Shown: positions 1-11,496, counted from the stretch's first letter. The stretch: 64,000 nucleotides of DNA from an uncultured Solirubrobacteraceae bacterium (GCA_963707595.1 CAVPQQ010000002.1:888117-952116), one strand, 5' to 3'. Made by a program: numbers and translations. The notes: generated by a model from the sequence alone, not told the origin.

Positions 1-895
1 CGCCGACGTTGCCGACGACGATCGTGATCACGGCCAGCGTCGCGAAGGCGGGCGCCCAGGTCGTGGACGCGTCGATCAGGGCGACGTCGAAGAGCCGCAG
101 GATCACGCCGAAGGCGGCCGCCTTGGTCGCCACCGCCATGAAGCCGGTGATCGGCGTCGGCGCGCCCTCGTAGACGTCCGGCGTCCACTGATGGAACGGC
201 GCCACGGAGGCCTTGAACGCGAGCCCGACCATGACGAGCGCGATGCCCGACAGGAACAGCACGTCGTCGGCGATGTCGGGACCCGCGAGCGCGAGCTTGT
301 CGAAGTTGGTGCCGCCGGCGGCGCCGTAGAGCATCGCGAGCCCGTAGAGCAGCGTCGCCGAACCGACCGAACCGACGATCAGGTACTTCAGGCCCGATTC
401 CAGCGACTGCTCGCGCTTCATGTGGGTCGCGCAGAGCACGTAGAGCGGGATCGAGAGCAGCTCGAAGCCGATGAACAGCACGACCAGGTCATTGGCCGCG
501 ACCAGCACGAACATGCCGAGGATCGAGGTCAGCAGCAGCGCGAAGTACTCGCCTTCGCCGGCTTCGGCACTCGCCGAGGAATGCCACGAGAGCAGGACCG
601 ACAACACGCCGCCGGTGACGAAGATCAACGTCAGGAACAGCGTCAGGTCGTCGACGACCATGGCGCGGGCGATGATCGCCTCGTGCGTGTCCCACTGCCA
701 GATGCAGAGCCCGGCGGTGACGAGCAGCGCCACGATCGTCAAGGAGGGGACGACGGTCCGGCGGATGAACTGGGAGCGGCCGAGGCCGACGAGCAGCACG
801 ACGCAGGCGCCGACGACGAGCGCGATCGCGGGCGACAGCGCCTCCCAGTTGATCTCCGGACCCTTGAGGGTCGCCTGGGCGATCAGGGGACTCAT
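1..895 (-). CDS. nuoN: NADH-quinone oxidoreductase subunit N (3' part outside window)
   Basis: ATG overlaps the nuoM stop (ATGA at 892-895); hydrophobic ORF with ESGLKYLIVGS and FHQWTPDVYEGAPTP. Confidence 0.95.
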   Translation of the reverse strand, partial: MSPLIAQATLKGPEINWEALSPAIALVVGACVVLLVGLGRSQFIRRTVVPSLTIVALLVTAGLCIWQWDTHEAIIARAMVVDDLTLFLTLIFVTGGVLSVLLSWHSSASAEAGEGEYFALLLTSILGMFVLVAANDLVVLFIGFELLSIPLYVLCATHMKREQSLESGLKYLIVGSVGSATLLYGLAMLYGAAGGTNFDKLALAGPDIADDVLFLSGIALVMVGLAFKASVAPFHQWTPDVYEGAPTPITGFMAVATKAAAFGVILRLFDVALIDASTTWAPAFATLAVITIVVGNVG

Positions 896-2352
896 CGCTG
901 CACCGCCGTTACCGTCGCCTTGATGGCCTCTTCGCCCGACTCAAGCGCGAGCTGGGGATAGATCGCGAACGCGATGATCGCGAGGATCAGCGGCACCAGC
1001 ACGATGCTGTCGCGGAAGCTCAGCTCAAAGGACTCCACGCGCGGCCCGACGCGGTTGTGCATCGAGCGGATGTACATCCGCAGCGCGTAGACCGAGGCCA
1101 GCACGACCCCGAGCGACGCGACGATCGCGATCGCCTGGACCGAGTTGAAGACACCGAGCAGGATCAGGAACTCGCCGGCGAAGTTCGCCGAGCCGGGCAT
1201 GGCGAGCGTCGCCAGCGCCGCGACCAGGAACAGGACCGCGAGGAACGGGGCGCGGAACGCGATCCCGCCGTAGTCGCGGATGTCCTCCGAGCCTTCCGCG
1301 CGCTCGGCGAGCAGCGCGATCACGAAGAACAGCGGCGCGACGACGAGGCCGTGGTTGACCGCCTGCAGCAACGCGCCCTGTGCGCCCTGGCCGGCGGCGT
1401 CCAGCGCGAAGATCCCGAGCGTGATGAAGCCGAGCTGCGCGACCGACGAGTAACCGAGGATCAGGCGCGCGTTGGTCTGTGTGAAGGCCTGTACCGAGCC
1501 GTAGAGGATCGAGACCACCGCGAGGATCAGCAGGATCTCGTGGAAGCTCTCGGTCGCGGCGGGGAAGAGCGGCAGCACGAGCCGCAGGAAGCCGTAGGCG
1601 GCGACCTTCGAGACCACGCCGGAGAAGAACGCGAGCGCCGGCAGCGGCATCGTCCGGTACGCGTCGGGCATCCAGCCGTGGAACGGGAAGGACGGCATCT
1701 TGATCAGGAACGCGAGCGCGAACGTGATGAAGATCCACTTCTGCGTCGACTCCGGCAGCGGGTTGCGCACGAGATCGGAGAGCACGAAGCTGATCGAGCC
1801 GCCCGGCCCGGCCTGCGCCAGCACCGCCGTGGCGACCGCGCCCGCGAGCATCAGCAGCGAGCCCACCAGCGTGTAGATGACCATCTTCAGCGCGGCCGGG
1901 ACGCGGTCTGGACCGCCCCACTGGCCGACGATGAAGTAGAAGGGCACCAGCATCAGGTCGAAGAAGAGGACGAAGAGCGCCAGGTCCTGGGCGACGAAGG
2001 CGCCGAGGACGGCGGTCTCGCCGAGCGCCATGTGGAACGTGAAGAGTCCGCCGCGCTCCTGCACCGGCCGCACCGCGAGCCAGACGGCGCACGCGAAGGC
2101 GACGACCGTGGTCAGCAGGATCAGCCACAGGTTCAGGCCGTCGATGCCGAGCTTGTAGCGGATGCCCAGTTCGGGGATCCACGCGTCGTCGGTGACGTGC
2201 TGCAGGCCGCCGGCGGGATCGAAGTCCGCGACCAGCATCACCGCATACACGAGCGGGATGAGCGTGGCGACGATGCCGATGACCCGCGGGTTGAACGCGC
2301 CGAGAAGCGAGCAGACAACCGGGAAGAAGACAAGGATGGAGAGATGGATCAT
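892..2352 (-). CDS. nuoM: NADH-quinone oxidoreductase subunit M
   Basis: MIHLSILVFFP start; IKMPSFPFHGWMPDAY, YSSVAQLG, LAMPGSANFAGEF motifs; operon position. Confidence 0.95.
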   Translation of the reverse strand: MIHLSILVFFPVVCSLLGAFNPRVIGIVATLIPLVYAVMLVADFDPAGGLQHVTDDAWIPELGIRYKLGIDGLNLWLILLTTVVAFACAVWLAVRPVQERGGLFTFHMALGETAVLGAFVAQDLALFVLFFDLMLVPFYFIVGQWGGPDRVPAALKMVIYTLVGSLLMLAGAVATAVLAQAGPGGSISFVLSDLVRNPLPESTQKWIFITFALAFLIKMPSFPFHGWMPDAYRTMPLPALAFFSGVVSKVAAYGFLRLVLPLFPAATESFHEILLILAVVSILYGSVQAFTQTNARLILGYSSVAQLGFITLGIFALDAAGQGAQGALLQAVNHGLVVAPLFFVIALLAERAEGSEDIRDYGGIAFRAPFLAVLFLVAALATLAMPGSANFAGEFLILLGVFNSVQAIAIVASLGVVLASVYALRMYIRSMHNRVGPRVESFELSFRDSIVLVPLILAIIAFAIYPQLALESGEEAIKATVTAVQR

Positions 2353-4358
2353 GCGGAGATCAGGAAGTAGGCGCTCAGCCCGGTAAGCCCGACGAGCAAC
2401 AGCGCGGCGTAGTAGCGCAGGTAGCCCGACTGGATGCCGCGGACCGCGGCGGACAGGATGCGCACAGCGCCGGCGGTGCCACCGATCAGCGCGCCGTTGA
2501 CGAACACGCGCTCGAAGGTGCTGTTGGCGAAGCGGCCGAACCACGCGAACGGCCGCACGAACATGAAGTCGTAGAGCTCGTCGAAGTACCACTTGTGGAC
2601 GAAGAACGAGTGCAGCGGAGCGAGCTTCTGACGCAGCGCCACCGGCTGCTTGTCATGGCCCCACAGCGTCCAGGCCAGCACGATGCCGGCGATGCCGAGC
2701 ACGCCGCCGATCGTCAGGTCGAACCATTCCTGCGACGTCGCGGGCTCGAGCTCCGCGTAGAGCTTGGAGTCGGCGAAGGTCGGCTCCAGGAACGTGTGCA
2801 GGAGATGCGTGATACCCGGGATCTGGAGGAGGCCGCCGATGATCGCGAGGATCGCCAGCGAGCCCATCGCGATCTTCATCGGCACCTCGCGCTCGGCGAT
2901 GTGGTGATCCGGGCCGGGGAAGCCGATCTCGGTGTCCTCGACCTCGCCGGTCGCCGGGTTGATCGGCTCCGGGGCGTGGTAGAGGTGCCCGTGCGAGAGC
3001 TCCTCGGCCTCCGGGACCATCTTGCCGAAGAAGGCGCGGAAGATCATCCGGAACGTGTAGACGGCGGTCATGAACGCGCCGATGTAGCCCGCCACGCCGA
3101 GGATCGTGTGCCAGCCACCGCGCTCGAACTCGATCGAGAGGATCTCGTCCTTGGAGAAGAAGCCCGAGAACGGCGGGATGCCCGAGAGCGCGAGGCCGCC
3201 GATCAGCATGCAGGCGAACGTGAACGGCATCGCCTTGCGGAAGCCGCCCATCTTGTCCAGGTTCTGCACGCCGCCCATGGCCGAGATGACCGAGCCGGCG
3301 GCCATGAAGAGCAGCGCCTTGAAGAAGGCGTGCGTCATCAGGTGGAACATGCCCGCGGCGTAGGCGGCCGAGCAGACGGCCATGATCATGTAGCCGATCT
3401 GGGACATCGTCGAGTAGGCGATGACGCGCTTGAGATCGGTCACCACCAGGGCGATCGTGGCCGCGATCAGCAGCGTGGCGCAGCCGAGGATCGCGCCGAC
3501 GGCGGCGGCGTCCGGCGCCTGCTCGAAGAGCGGATGCAGGCGGGCGATCAGGTACACGCCGGCGGTCACCATCGTCGCGGCGTGGATCAGGGCGCTGACC
3601 GGGGTCGGGCCCTCCATCGCGTCCGGGAGCCATGTGTGCAGCGGGACCTGGGCCGACTTGGCGAACGCGCCGACGAGCAGCAGCAGGCAGCCCGCGACGA
3701 GCTGGGCCTGGTTGACCGTGAACGCCTGGTCGATCTCGGCGAAGGTCTTCAGGAAGTCCAGCGTGCCGGTGCCCTGGAAGATGAAGTACGTGCCGAGCAC
3801 GAGGCCGACGTCGCCGAGCACGTTGATGACGAAGGCCTTGATGCCGGCCGACGTCGCCGTCTCACGCCGATACCAGAAGCTGATCAGGAAGTAGGAGGCC
3901 GCGCCGACGAAGGCCCAGCCGATGATCAGCAGGAAGAAGTTGGCCGCGAGGACCAGCAGCAGCATGCTGAAGACGAAGAAGTTCAGGTAGCCGAAGAAGC
4001 GCGTGTAGCCGCGGTCGCCGCCCATGTAGGCGACCGAGTAGAGGTGGATGAGCGTCGAGACGCCCGCCACCACCAGGCACATCAGCACCGAGAGCGGGTC
4101 GATCAGGATCGAGATCTGCGCGTCCACGCCGAGCGTGTTCACGTAGTCCCAGCCGACGGAGACGACCTGGCGCTCTTCCTCGCCGCGGTTGGTCAGCTCG
4201 ATCAGCATGCCGACCGCGCTCAGGAAGGCGAGCAGGATCGCGAGCGTCCCGATCACGCCGTGCACGCGCGTCGGCAGCACCTTGAAGGTCAGGCCGATCA
4301 GGATCGCCCCGGCCAGCGGGAACGCGAGGACCAGCCAGCCGTAGGTGGTCAAGCTCAT
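2349..4358 (-). CDS. nuoL: NADH-quinone oxidoreductase subunit L
   Basis: KSAQVPLHTWLPDAMEGPTPVSALIHAATMV, HAFFKALLF motifs. Confidence 0.97.
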   Translation of the reverse strand: MSLTTYGWLVLAFPLAGAILIGLTFKVLPTRVHGVIGTLAILLAFLSAVGMLIELTNRGEEERQVVSVGWDYVNTLGVDAQISILIDPLSVLMCLVVAGVSTLIHLYSVAYMGGDRGYTRFFGYLNFFVFSMLLLVLAANFFLLIIGWAFVGAASYFLISFWYRRETATSAGIKAFVINVLGDVGLVLGTYFIFQGTGTLDFLKTFAEIDQAFTVNQAQLVAGCLLLLVGAFAKSAQVPLHTWLPDAMEGPTPVSALIHAATMVTAGVYLIARLHPLFEQAPDAAAVGAILGCATLLIAATIALVVTDLKRVIAYSTMSQIGYMIMAVCSAAYAAGMFHLMTHAFFKALLFMAAGSVISAMGGVQNLDKMGGFRKAMPFTFACMLIGGLALSGIPPFSGFFSKDEILSIEFERGGWHTILGVAGYIGAFMTAVYTFRMIFRAFFGKMVPEAEELSHGHLYHAPEPINPATGEVEDTEIGFPGPDHHIAEREVPMKIAMGSLAILAIIGGLLQIPGITHLLHTFLEPTFADSKLYAELEPATSQEWFDLTIGGVLGIAGIVLAWTLWGHDKQPVALRQKLAPLHSFFVHKWYFDELYDFMFVRPFAWFGRFANSTFERVFVNGALIGGTAGAVRILSAAVRGIQSGYLRYYAALLLVGLTGLSAYFLISA

Positions 4359-4420
4359 CCACCGCTCCGCATGCGCTCGTCACGACGAGCGGTAGAAGTC
4401 GAACCGAGTTGGCTAGTCAT
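4355..4420 (-). repeat. MIRU-like intercistronic unit encoding 21-aa mini-ORF MTSQLGSTSTARRDERMRSGG
   Basis: ATGA overlap with the nuoK stop and with the nuoL start; internal inverted repeat CGCTCGTC-ac-GACGAGCG. Confidence 0.55.
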
Positions 4421-4716
4421 CCCTGAAGTTCCCGAAGTTCGTCAACGTCAATCGGCAGGCGCCGGCGGTAGATCGCGACGACGAGGCCGAGGCCGACAGC
4501 GACCTCGCAGGCCGCGACGACCATCACCATCAGCGCGAAGATCTGCCCGCCCATATCGCCGTGCGCCCGCGCGAAGGCGACCAGCGCGAGGTTGGAGGCG
4601 TTGAGCATCAGCTCGAGGCTGAGCAGGATCACGAGCGGGTTGCGGCGTGTGAGCACGCCGCCGGTGCCGATGCAGAAGATCAGCGCGGAGACGACGAGGT
4701 ACCAGGTGATCGGCAT
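4417..4716 (-). CDS. nuoK: NADH-quinone oxidoreductase subunit K
   Basis: LSLELMLNA and VAACEVAVGLG motifs. Confidence 0.97.
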   Translation of the reverse strand: MPITWYLVVSALIFCIGTGGVLTRRNPLVILLSLELMLNASNLALVAFARAHGDMGGQIFALMVMVVAACEVAVGLGLVVAIYRRRLPIDVDELRELQG

Positions 4717-5333
4717 CAGTTGTGCGCCGGTCCGCCGGCTTCGATCATCGTGCCCTCGGGCTCGTCGCCCTTGGTCAGCGGCGTGCGCATCAGGTCGGCG
4801 ACCGAGATCTCACGCGCGTCGGCCACACCCGTGCGGCGACGGGCGAGGATGACCGCGCCGACGGCCGCGACGAGCAGCAGCAGCGAGGCGACCTCGAAGG
4901 CGACCAGGTAGTTCGTCAGGAACTCCTTGCCGATCGTCGCCGGCTCGCCGAAGCCCGGCTTGTACGGCGCGCCCTCACCGTCGAGGGCCTTGACGCCGGA
5001 GCCGATCAGCGCGATCGAAAGCTCGACGAACAGCGCGAGCGCGAACACGACCGAGACGATCCGCAGCCCACGACCGGCGGGACCTGCCAGGCCGGCCTCC
5101 ATGCCGCCGACGTAGCCGACGACGAAGACGTAGAGCACCATCACGGCGCCCGCGTAGACGATGACCTGAGCCGCGGCGACGAACTCCGCCCGCAGCAGCA
5201 GGAAGAGCATCGCCAGGAAAATGAGGTGGCACACGAGCGCGAGCACGCTGTAGAACGCGTCGCGCAACATGACCGTGCCCGCGGCGCCGGCAATGGCACC
5301 GATCGCGGCAAAGAAGAAGAAGACCTCCGCCAT
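4716..5333 (-). CDS. nuoJ: NADH-quinone oxidoreductase subunit J
   Basis: AQVIVYAGAVMVL and FEVASLLLLVAAVGAV motifs. Confidence 0.95.
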   Translation of the reverse strand: MAEVFFFFAAIGAIAGAAGTVMLRDAFYSVLALVCHLIFLAMLFLLLRAEFVAAAQVIVYAGAVMVLYVFVVGYVGGMEAGLAGPAGRGLRIVSVVFALALFVELSIALIGSGVKALDGEGAPYKPGFGEPATIGKEFLTNYLVAFEVASLLLLVAAVGAVILARRRTGVADAREISVADLMRTPLTKGDEPEGTMIEAGGPAHN

Positions 5334-5346
5334 CCGGCGCGCCAGG

Positions 5347-5877
5347 CTACTCGTCCGCGGAGCGCAACGGCGTGCGCTCCAGCGGTTCGGCGAGCAACAT
5401 CTCTTTGGTGAAGATCAGGTCGGACCGGTTGTAGTCCGCCATCTCGTAGTCGTGGCCCATCGTGATCGCGTCGAACGGACACGCGATCTCGCAGTAGCCA
5501 CAGAAGATGCAGCGCGACAGGTTGATCTCGTACACCGCGGCGTAGCGCTCTCCGGCGCTGACACGGTTCTCCGGCGTGTTCTCGTCCGCCACCACACGAA
5601 TGCAGTCCGACGGGCAGGCCGCTGCGCACAGCGAGCAGCCCACGCACTTCTCCAGCCCCGTGTCCTCGAAGCGGTGGAGCTTGTGCCGTCCCCGGAAGCG
5701 CGGGTAGACCGGCGTCTTCTCCTCGGGATAGTTGATCGTGGTCGTGCCCTCAGCGAGCCGACCCATCGTCATCTTCAGGCCCTTCAGCGTCGCGGCGAAG
5801 GCGCGGTACGTGCCGGCCGCGGCCCCTTCGCGCGGACCGCGCAGGACCTCGACGACATCTCCGGGGTCATAGGGCAT
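5347..5877 (-). CDS. nuoI: NADH-quinone oxidoreductase subunit I
   Basis: Two CxxCxxCxxxCP 4Fe-4S motifs, RFRGRH. Confidence 0.97.
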   Translation of the reverse strand: MPYDPGDVVEVLRGPREGAAAGTYRAFAATLKGLKMTMGRLAEGTTTINYPEEKTPVYPRFRGRHKLHRFEDTGLEKCVGCSLCAAACPSDCIRVVADENTPENRVSAGERYAAVYEINLSRCIFCGYCEIACPFDAITMGHDYEMADYNRSDLIFTKEMLLAEPLERTPLRSADE

Positions 5878-6905
5878 TAGTTGAGCACCACCACGAGGAT
5901 CGCGGTCACAAGGGCATTGAGCGTCGCCAGCGGCAGGAGGATCTTCCAGCCGAACGACATGAGCTGGTCGTAGCGCAGACGCGGAAGCGTCGCGCGGACC
6001 CAGATGAAGAAGAAGATGAAGACGAGCATCTTCGCGATCACGACGATCGGCTCGATCCAGTTCGGCTGATCCCAGAATGGGACGTCCCAGCCGCCCCAGA
6101 ACAGCGTCACCATGATCCCGGAGATCACTACGACGTTGAGGTACTCCGCCGCGAAGAACGCGGCGAAGCGGCCGCCGCCGTACTCGGTGTTGAAGCCGCC
6201 GACCAGCTCGGCGTCGGCCTCGGCGAGGTCGAACGGCGCGCGGTTGGTCTCCGCGAAGGCGGCGACCAGGAAGATCAGGAAGCCGACGAGCTGCGGCCCG
6301 ACCATCCAGAAGTTCTGCTCCTGCCACTGGACGATGTCGGTCATCGACAGCGAGCCGACCATCATGATCACGCCGATGATCGAGAGCCCCTGGGCGACTT
6401 CGTAGGAGATCAGCTGCGCGGCGGCGCGCATCGAACCCAGGAACGAGTACTTCGAACCAGACGCCCAGCCCCCGAGCATCATGCCGTAGAAGGCGAGGCC
6501 GCCGAAGGCGAAGGCGTAGAGGATCCCGATCGAGGGATCGATGCCGTAGAGCCCGATCGGCGTGCCGAAGATGTCGACGACGTCCGAGAACGGGATGATC
6601 GCGATCGTCGCCGCGGCGGTCATCACGGAGATGACCGGGGCGAGGGCGAACAGCCAGCCGTTCGCCGTGCGCGGCCGGAACTGCTCCTTGAAGAGCAGCT
6701 TGCCGATGTCGGCGATCGGCTGCATCGCGCCGAACGGGCCGACGCGGTTCGGGCCGTAGCGATGCTGGAAGCGGCCGAGCACCTTGCGGTCGGCGACCAG
6801 CGCGATCGGCACCAGGTTGAAGACGACGAAGAAGATCACCAGCGCCTTGATGATCTGCATCCACCACGGCTCGTAGTAGCCGACCTCGGAGAAATACGGC
6901 GTCAT
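5877..6905 (-). CDS. nuoH: NADH-quinone oxidoreductase subunit H
   Basis: GPNRVGPFG, AETNRAPFDLAEA, PRLRYDQLM motifs. Confidence 0.97.
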   Translation of the reverse strand: MTPYFSEVGYYEPWWMQIIKALVIFFVVFNLVPIALVADRKVLGRFQHRYGPNRVGPFGAMQPIADIGKLLFKEQFRPRTANGWLFALAPVISVMTAAATIAIIPFSDVVDIFGTPIGLYGIDPSIGILYAFAFGGLAFYGMMLGGWASGSKYSFLGSMRAAAQLISYEVAQGLSIIGVIMMVGSLSMTDIVQWQEQNFWMVGPQLVGFLIFLVAAFAETNRAPFDLAEADAELVGGFNTEYGGGRFAAFFAAEYLNVVVISGIMVTLFWGGWDVPFWDQPNWIEPIVVIAKMLVFIFFFIWVRATLPRLRYDQLMSFGWKILLPLATLNALVTAILVVVLN

Positions 6906-9505
6906 GTGACCTCCCGCGGCGGGATCGGCAGCGGGGCGGAGGCGGGCATCTCGGACAGGCCTTCGATCGGCCAGGCGCGACCTGCGCGGCGATCGCGCTG
7001 GGCTCGAGCGAGCCCGGCGCCGACGCGGTGCAGTTCGACGAGCCCGCCCGTGAGCAGGTTGGCGCCGTTCTCGCGCGTGCCCTCGGCGAGGAACACGCTG
7101 CCGGCCGGGACCGCGGCGCGCAGCTTGGCCGTGGCCGGGACGCGCTTGCCGTTGCCGACCTCGATCCGGTCGCCGTCGCCGATGCCGAGCGCGTCGGCGT
7201 CGGCGGGCGAGAGCTCGGCCACCTGGCGGGCGCGGATGAAGTGCAGCGCCGGCGAGAGGTCGACCTCCTTGGCCGCCCACAGCGGGCGGTAGGTGCCGAG
7301 GCGCAGCTTGCCGTCGCGCGGCGGCGGGCGCCGCGTCCGGGACCTCGAGCTTCGCGGCCTCCCAGTCGGGCGAGACGAACTCCTCGCGCTCGACCCAGCG
7401 CACGCCGCGGCCGCCGATCTCCTCGAGCGTGATGCCCGCGTAGAACGGCACGGCGTCGAACAGGCGCCGCGAGACCTGCGCGCCGGTGCGGGCGTCGCCG
7501 GTCGCGTAGCCGAGCGTGCGGGCGATCTCGGTGATGACCTGCCACAGCGGGCGCACGCCGCTGGCCGGGCTGGCCGCTCTTGCCGCGCGCGCGGCCGATC
7601 GCCGGGCGCAGCCGCTGCAGGCGCCCGTCGGGATGCACGAGCGTGCCTTCCTTCTCGGGGTAGGCCTCGGCGGGGAAGACGACGTCGGCGTGCTCGCGCA
7701 GCGTGTCGCTCAGCTGCGAGTCGACGGCGATCACGGTCTGCGCGGTGCCCAGCGCCTGATCCCACAGCGGAGCGGTTCGGGTAGCTGCGCAGCGGGTCCA
7801 CGTGGTGCAGCCAGACCGTGTGCAGCTCGCCGCTGGCGAGGCCCTCGGCGATGCCGTCCGCGTCGCGGCCGGGGGCGGCGAGCGAGGTGTAGCCCGGGCC
7901 GTGGCCGGGCGCGAAGCCGGCCTCGCGGATGCCGCGGCCGTTCGGCGTTCCCGGCAGCGCGAGCAGGCCCGCGTTCGGGATCGCCGCGAGGTTCAGGCGC
8001 GAGGCGAGGTTCAGCAGCGCGCGGCCGGCCTGGCCGTTGAGCGCGCGCTCGCCGTAGACGATCACGACCTCCTCGCCCGCGTCGCGCAGGGCGTCGGCGA
8101 AGGCGCGGATCGCGGAACCGTTGGAGCCCGCGGCGCTGGCCGCGCCGCCGAGGTTGCCCTCGTCGCCGGAGAGCGCGGCGTCGAGCGCGACCAGGAAGGC
8201 CTCGCCGCCGCCGGGCGCGAAGCGCAGCGTCGTCGGCCGCGATCGGGTCAAGCGCCGTCGGCCGCGCGCTGGCGACGACGACCTTGGTCTGGTGGCGGCG
8301 CGCACCCTTGCGGATCCGCAGGTCCCAGACGGGCGCCTCGTCGATCGGGTCGCAGTCGACGAGCAGGACGGTGTGCGCGAACTCGAGGTCCGGCACGCTC
8401 GCCTGCAGCTTCGGGTCGGCCAGCGCGCGCAGCACGTCGAGCGGCTGCTCGCCGCCGGTGCGCGCGCTCAGGTGGCTCGAGCCGAGGTCGTCGCGCAGCA
8501 GCTGCTGGAGGAGGAAGGCCTCCTCGTTGGTCGTCGTCCCGCCGGCCAGCGCGGAAGCGCGGTTGCCCGCCTTCTTGAGCGCGCGACACGGCGGCGGCGA
8601 TCGCCTTGTCCCAGCTCGCCGGGCAGCAGCTCGGCGCCCTCGCGGACCATCGGCTCGACGATCCGCTCGTCGGAGTGCACGGCCTGGTAGGAGAAGCGGC
8701 CCTTGTCGCACAGCCAGCCGTCGTCGACGCCCTCGTGGTCGCGGGCGAGCACGCGCAGGACGCGGTCGTCGCGGACGGTCAGCTCGACGTTGCACTGGGC
8801 GGAGCAGCCGGCGCAGACCGTGCCCGCGCCCTCGATGTCCCACGGACGGGCGCGGAAGCGGTAGGCCTTCGACGTCAGCGCGCCGACCGGGCAGAGCTCG
8901 ATGATGTTGCCGCTGAACGGGGCGACGTACGGGTGGCCGTCGAAGGTGCCGACGAAGCTCGCCGCGCCGCGATCGTGGAGGACCAGCTGGTAGTCCTCGG
9001 AGATCTCCTGCGAGTAGCGCACGCAGCGGTAACAGAGGATGCAGCGCTCGCGGTCGATCGCGATCAGCGGCGAGAGCTCGAGCGGCTTCTTGAAGTGGCG
9101 CTTGGGCTCGATGAAGCGCGACGTGCCGGGGCCCCAGCCGTACGTGACGTCCTGCAGCGGGCACTCGCCGCCCTTGTCGCAGACCGGGCAGTCGAGCGGG
9201 TGGTTGATGAGCAGGAACTCGACCACCGCGCGCTGCGCGTCGTGGACGCGCTTGGTCTGCGTGTTGACGACCATGCCGTCGCGGATCGGCGTCGAGCACG
9301 CCGTCTGCAGCTTCGGGATGCCCTCGATCTCGACCAGGCACATGCGGCAGGCGCCGACGGGCTGGCCGAGCTTGGGCTCGTAACAGAAGATCGGGATCTC
9401 GACGTCGCCGTACTTGGCGCCGTCGACCAGCATCACGCCTTCGGGCGCCTGGACCTCACGCCCGTCGAGCGTGAACGTGATCGTCTTGACTTCGGGGCGT
9501 GGCAT
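6902..9505 (-). CDS. nuoG: NADH-quinone oxidoreductase subunit G (several frameshifts, probably sequencing errors)
   Basis: GACRMCLVE, HPLDCPVCDKGGECPLQD, CILCYRCVR; molybdopterin-fold remainder is spread over three frames. Confidence 0.93.
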
Positions 9506-10863
9506 CAGGCGGCGACTGACCGGGTCGAGGAGCGGGCTTCGGGACCGGCGTGGGCGCCACGGTTGACCTGCGGGATGGCGGCGCCGAAGCCGGCCTTCTC
9601 GCGCGCGGCCTCGATGTAGGTCTCGAACTCCTCGCGGAAGTGCTTGATCATCGAGCCGACCGGCATCGCCATCGCGTCGCCGAGCACGCACAGGCAGTTG
9701 CCCATGATCTGCTCGCAGACCGAGGCCATGATGTCGAGGTCCATCGGGGTCGCGTCGCCGTTCTTGATGCGCACGCAGCATCTTCTCCGTCCAGTTCGTG
9801 CCCTCGCGGCAGGGCGAGCACTTGCCGCAGGACTCGTGGCGGTAGAAGTGGGCGGTCTTGTAGGCGACGTCGACGATCGAGGTCGACTCGTCGAAGACGA
9901 TGATCGCGCCGGAGCCGAGCATCGAGCCGGCCTTCGCGAGCGTGTCGAAGTCGTAGTCGAGGTCGAGCACCTCGTCGGTCAGCGGCAGCACCGGCGAGCT
10001 CGAGCCGCCGGGGAAGAAGGCCTTGAACGTCTGCCCGTCGAGCGGGCCGCCGGCGAGGTCGAAGAGGATGTCGCGGACCTTGGTGCCGAGCACGATCTCG
10101 TAGTTGCCCGGGTACTTGATCTGGCCCGGAGATCGAGATCAGCTTGGTGCCGGTCGAGGTCTCCTTGCCGATCTTGGCGTACTCGGCGCCGCCCATCCCG
10201 AGGATCACCGGGACGTTCATCAGCGTCTCGACGTTGTTGATCAGCGTCGGGCCCTGGTAGAGGCCCTGGACGGCCGGGAACGGCGGCTTCAGGCGCGGGT
10301 TGCCGCGCTTGCCCTCGAGCGAGTCCAGCAGCGCGGTCTCCTCGCCGCAGATGTAGGCGCCGGCGCCGCGATGCACGACCAGGTCGATCGTGTGATCGGA
10401 GCCGAGCACGTTCTCGCCGATGAAGCCCGCCGCGCGCGCCTCGGCGACGGCCGCGTCGAGGATGTCGGCGACGTAGTCGTACTCGCCGCGGATGAAGATG
10501 AACGAGCGGCTCGCGCCGATGCAGTACGCCCCGATGATGATCCCCTCGATCAGCAGGTGGGGGTTCTTCTGCATCAGCTCGCGGTCCTTGAAGGTCCCGG
10601 GCTCGGACTCGTCGGCGTTGCAGACGAGGTACTTGTCCATCGTCCCCTTGGGGATGAAGGACATCTTGCGGCCCATCGCGAAGCCGGCGCCGCCGCGCCC
10701 GCGCACGCCGGAGGCGAGCATCTCGTCGAGGACGGCGCCCGGTTCCATCTTCAGCGCCTTCTTGAGCATCTCGTAGCCGCCGCGGCGCTGCGTAGACGTC
10801 GAGCGTGTTCAGGCCCGGCTCGTCGATGTCCTTGAAGAGGATCGTGTCGATGTTCGCGATCAA
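9505..10863 (-). CDS. nuoF: NADH-quinone oxidoreductase subunit F (frameshifted)
   Basis: [44 protein letters not shown]; probable TTG start. Confidence 0.95.
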
Positions 10864-11496
10864 CGGTTCTCCTGCCAGTGCTTGCTGGCGGCCTTGCGGC
10901 GCGCGAGTTGCTTGTCCTCGAGGACCTCGCCGCCGGCCTTGACGTCGTCGCGGATGCGCTCCGCGTCGTCCTCGGTCAGCGGGCCGACGTAGACGCCGTC
11001 GACGGAGGCCATCGGCGCGATCTCGCAGGCGCCGAGGCACTCGAAGGCGCGCACGTTGAAGTCCGGGTCGCCGCCGAGCACGTCCTTGATCCGGGCGTAG
11101 ACGGCGTCGGCGCCGAGCAGCGAGCACGAGATGTTCGTGCACACGTAGACGTCCGTCTTGCCCTTGGGGCGCAGCTCGAACATGTCGTAGAAGCTCGCGA
11201 CGGACACGAGGTAGGCGGGCGTCAGGCGCAGCACGCACGCGGCCTGCTCCATCGCCGTCGGCGAGAGCCAGCCGTGCTCGTTCTGGACGATCTTCATCGC
11301 CGGGATCGACGGCGGAGCGGATGTCCGGGTACTTCGTCATCAGGTCCTCGATCGCCGTGCGCACGTGCGCGGGCACGTGCGTCGTGGCGGGGTCGGGGAC
11401 GACCGCCGGGTCCTTCGTCAGGTCGACGGAGTCGTCCCAGCCCGGGACGCGCGAGCCGTGCGCGTAGCGCTTGACCTGTGACGGATCGATCGCCAT
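10860..11496 (-). CDS. nuoE: NADH-quinone oxidoreductase subunit E (one frameshift)
   Basis: VCTNISCSL and ECLGACEIAP 2Fe-2S motifs. Confidence 0.93.
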
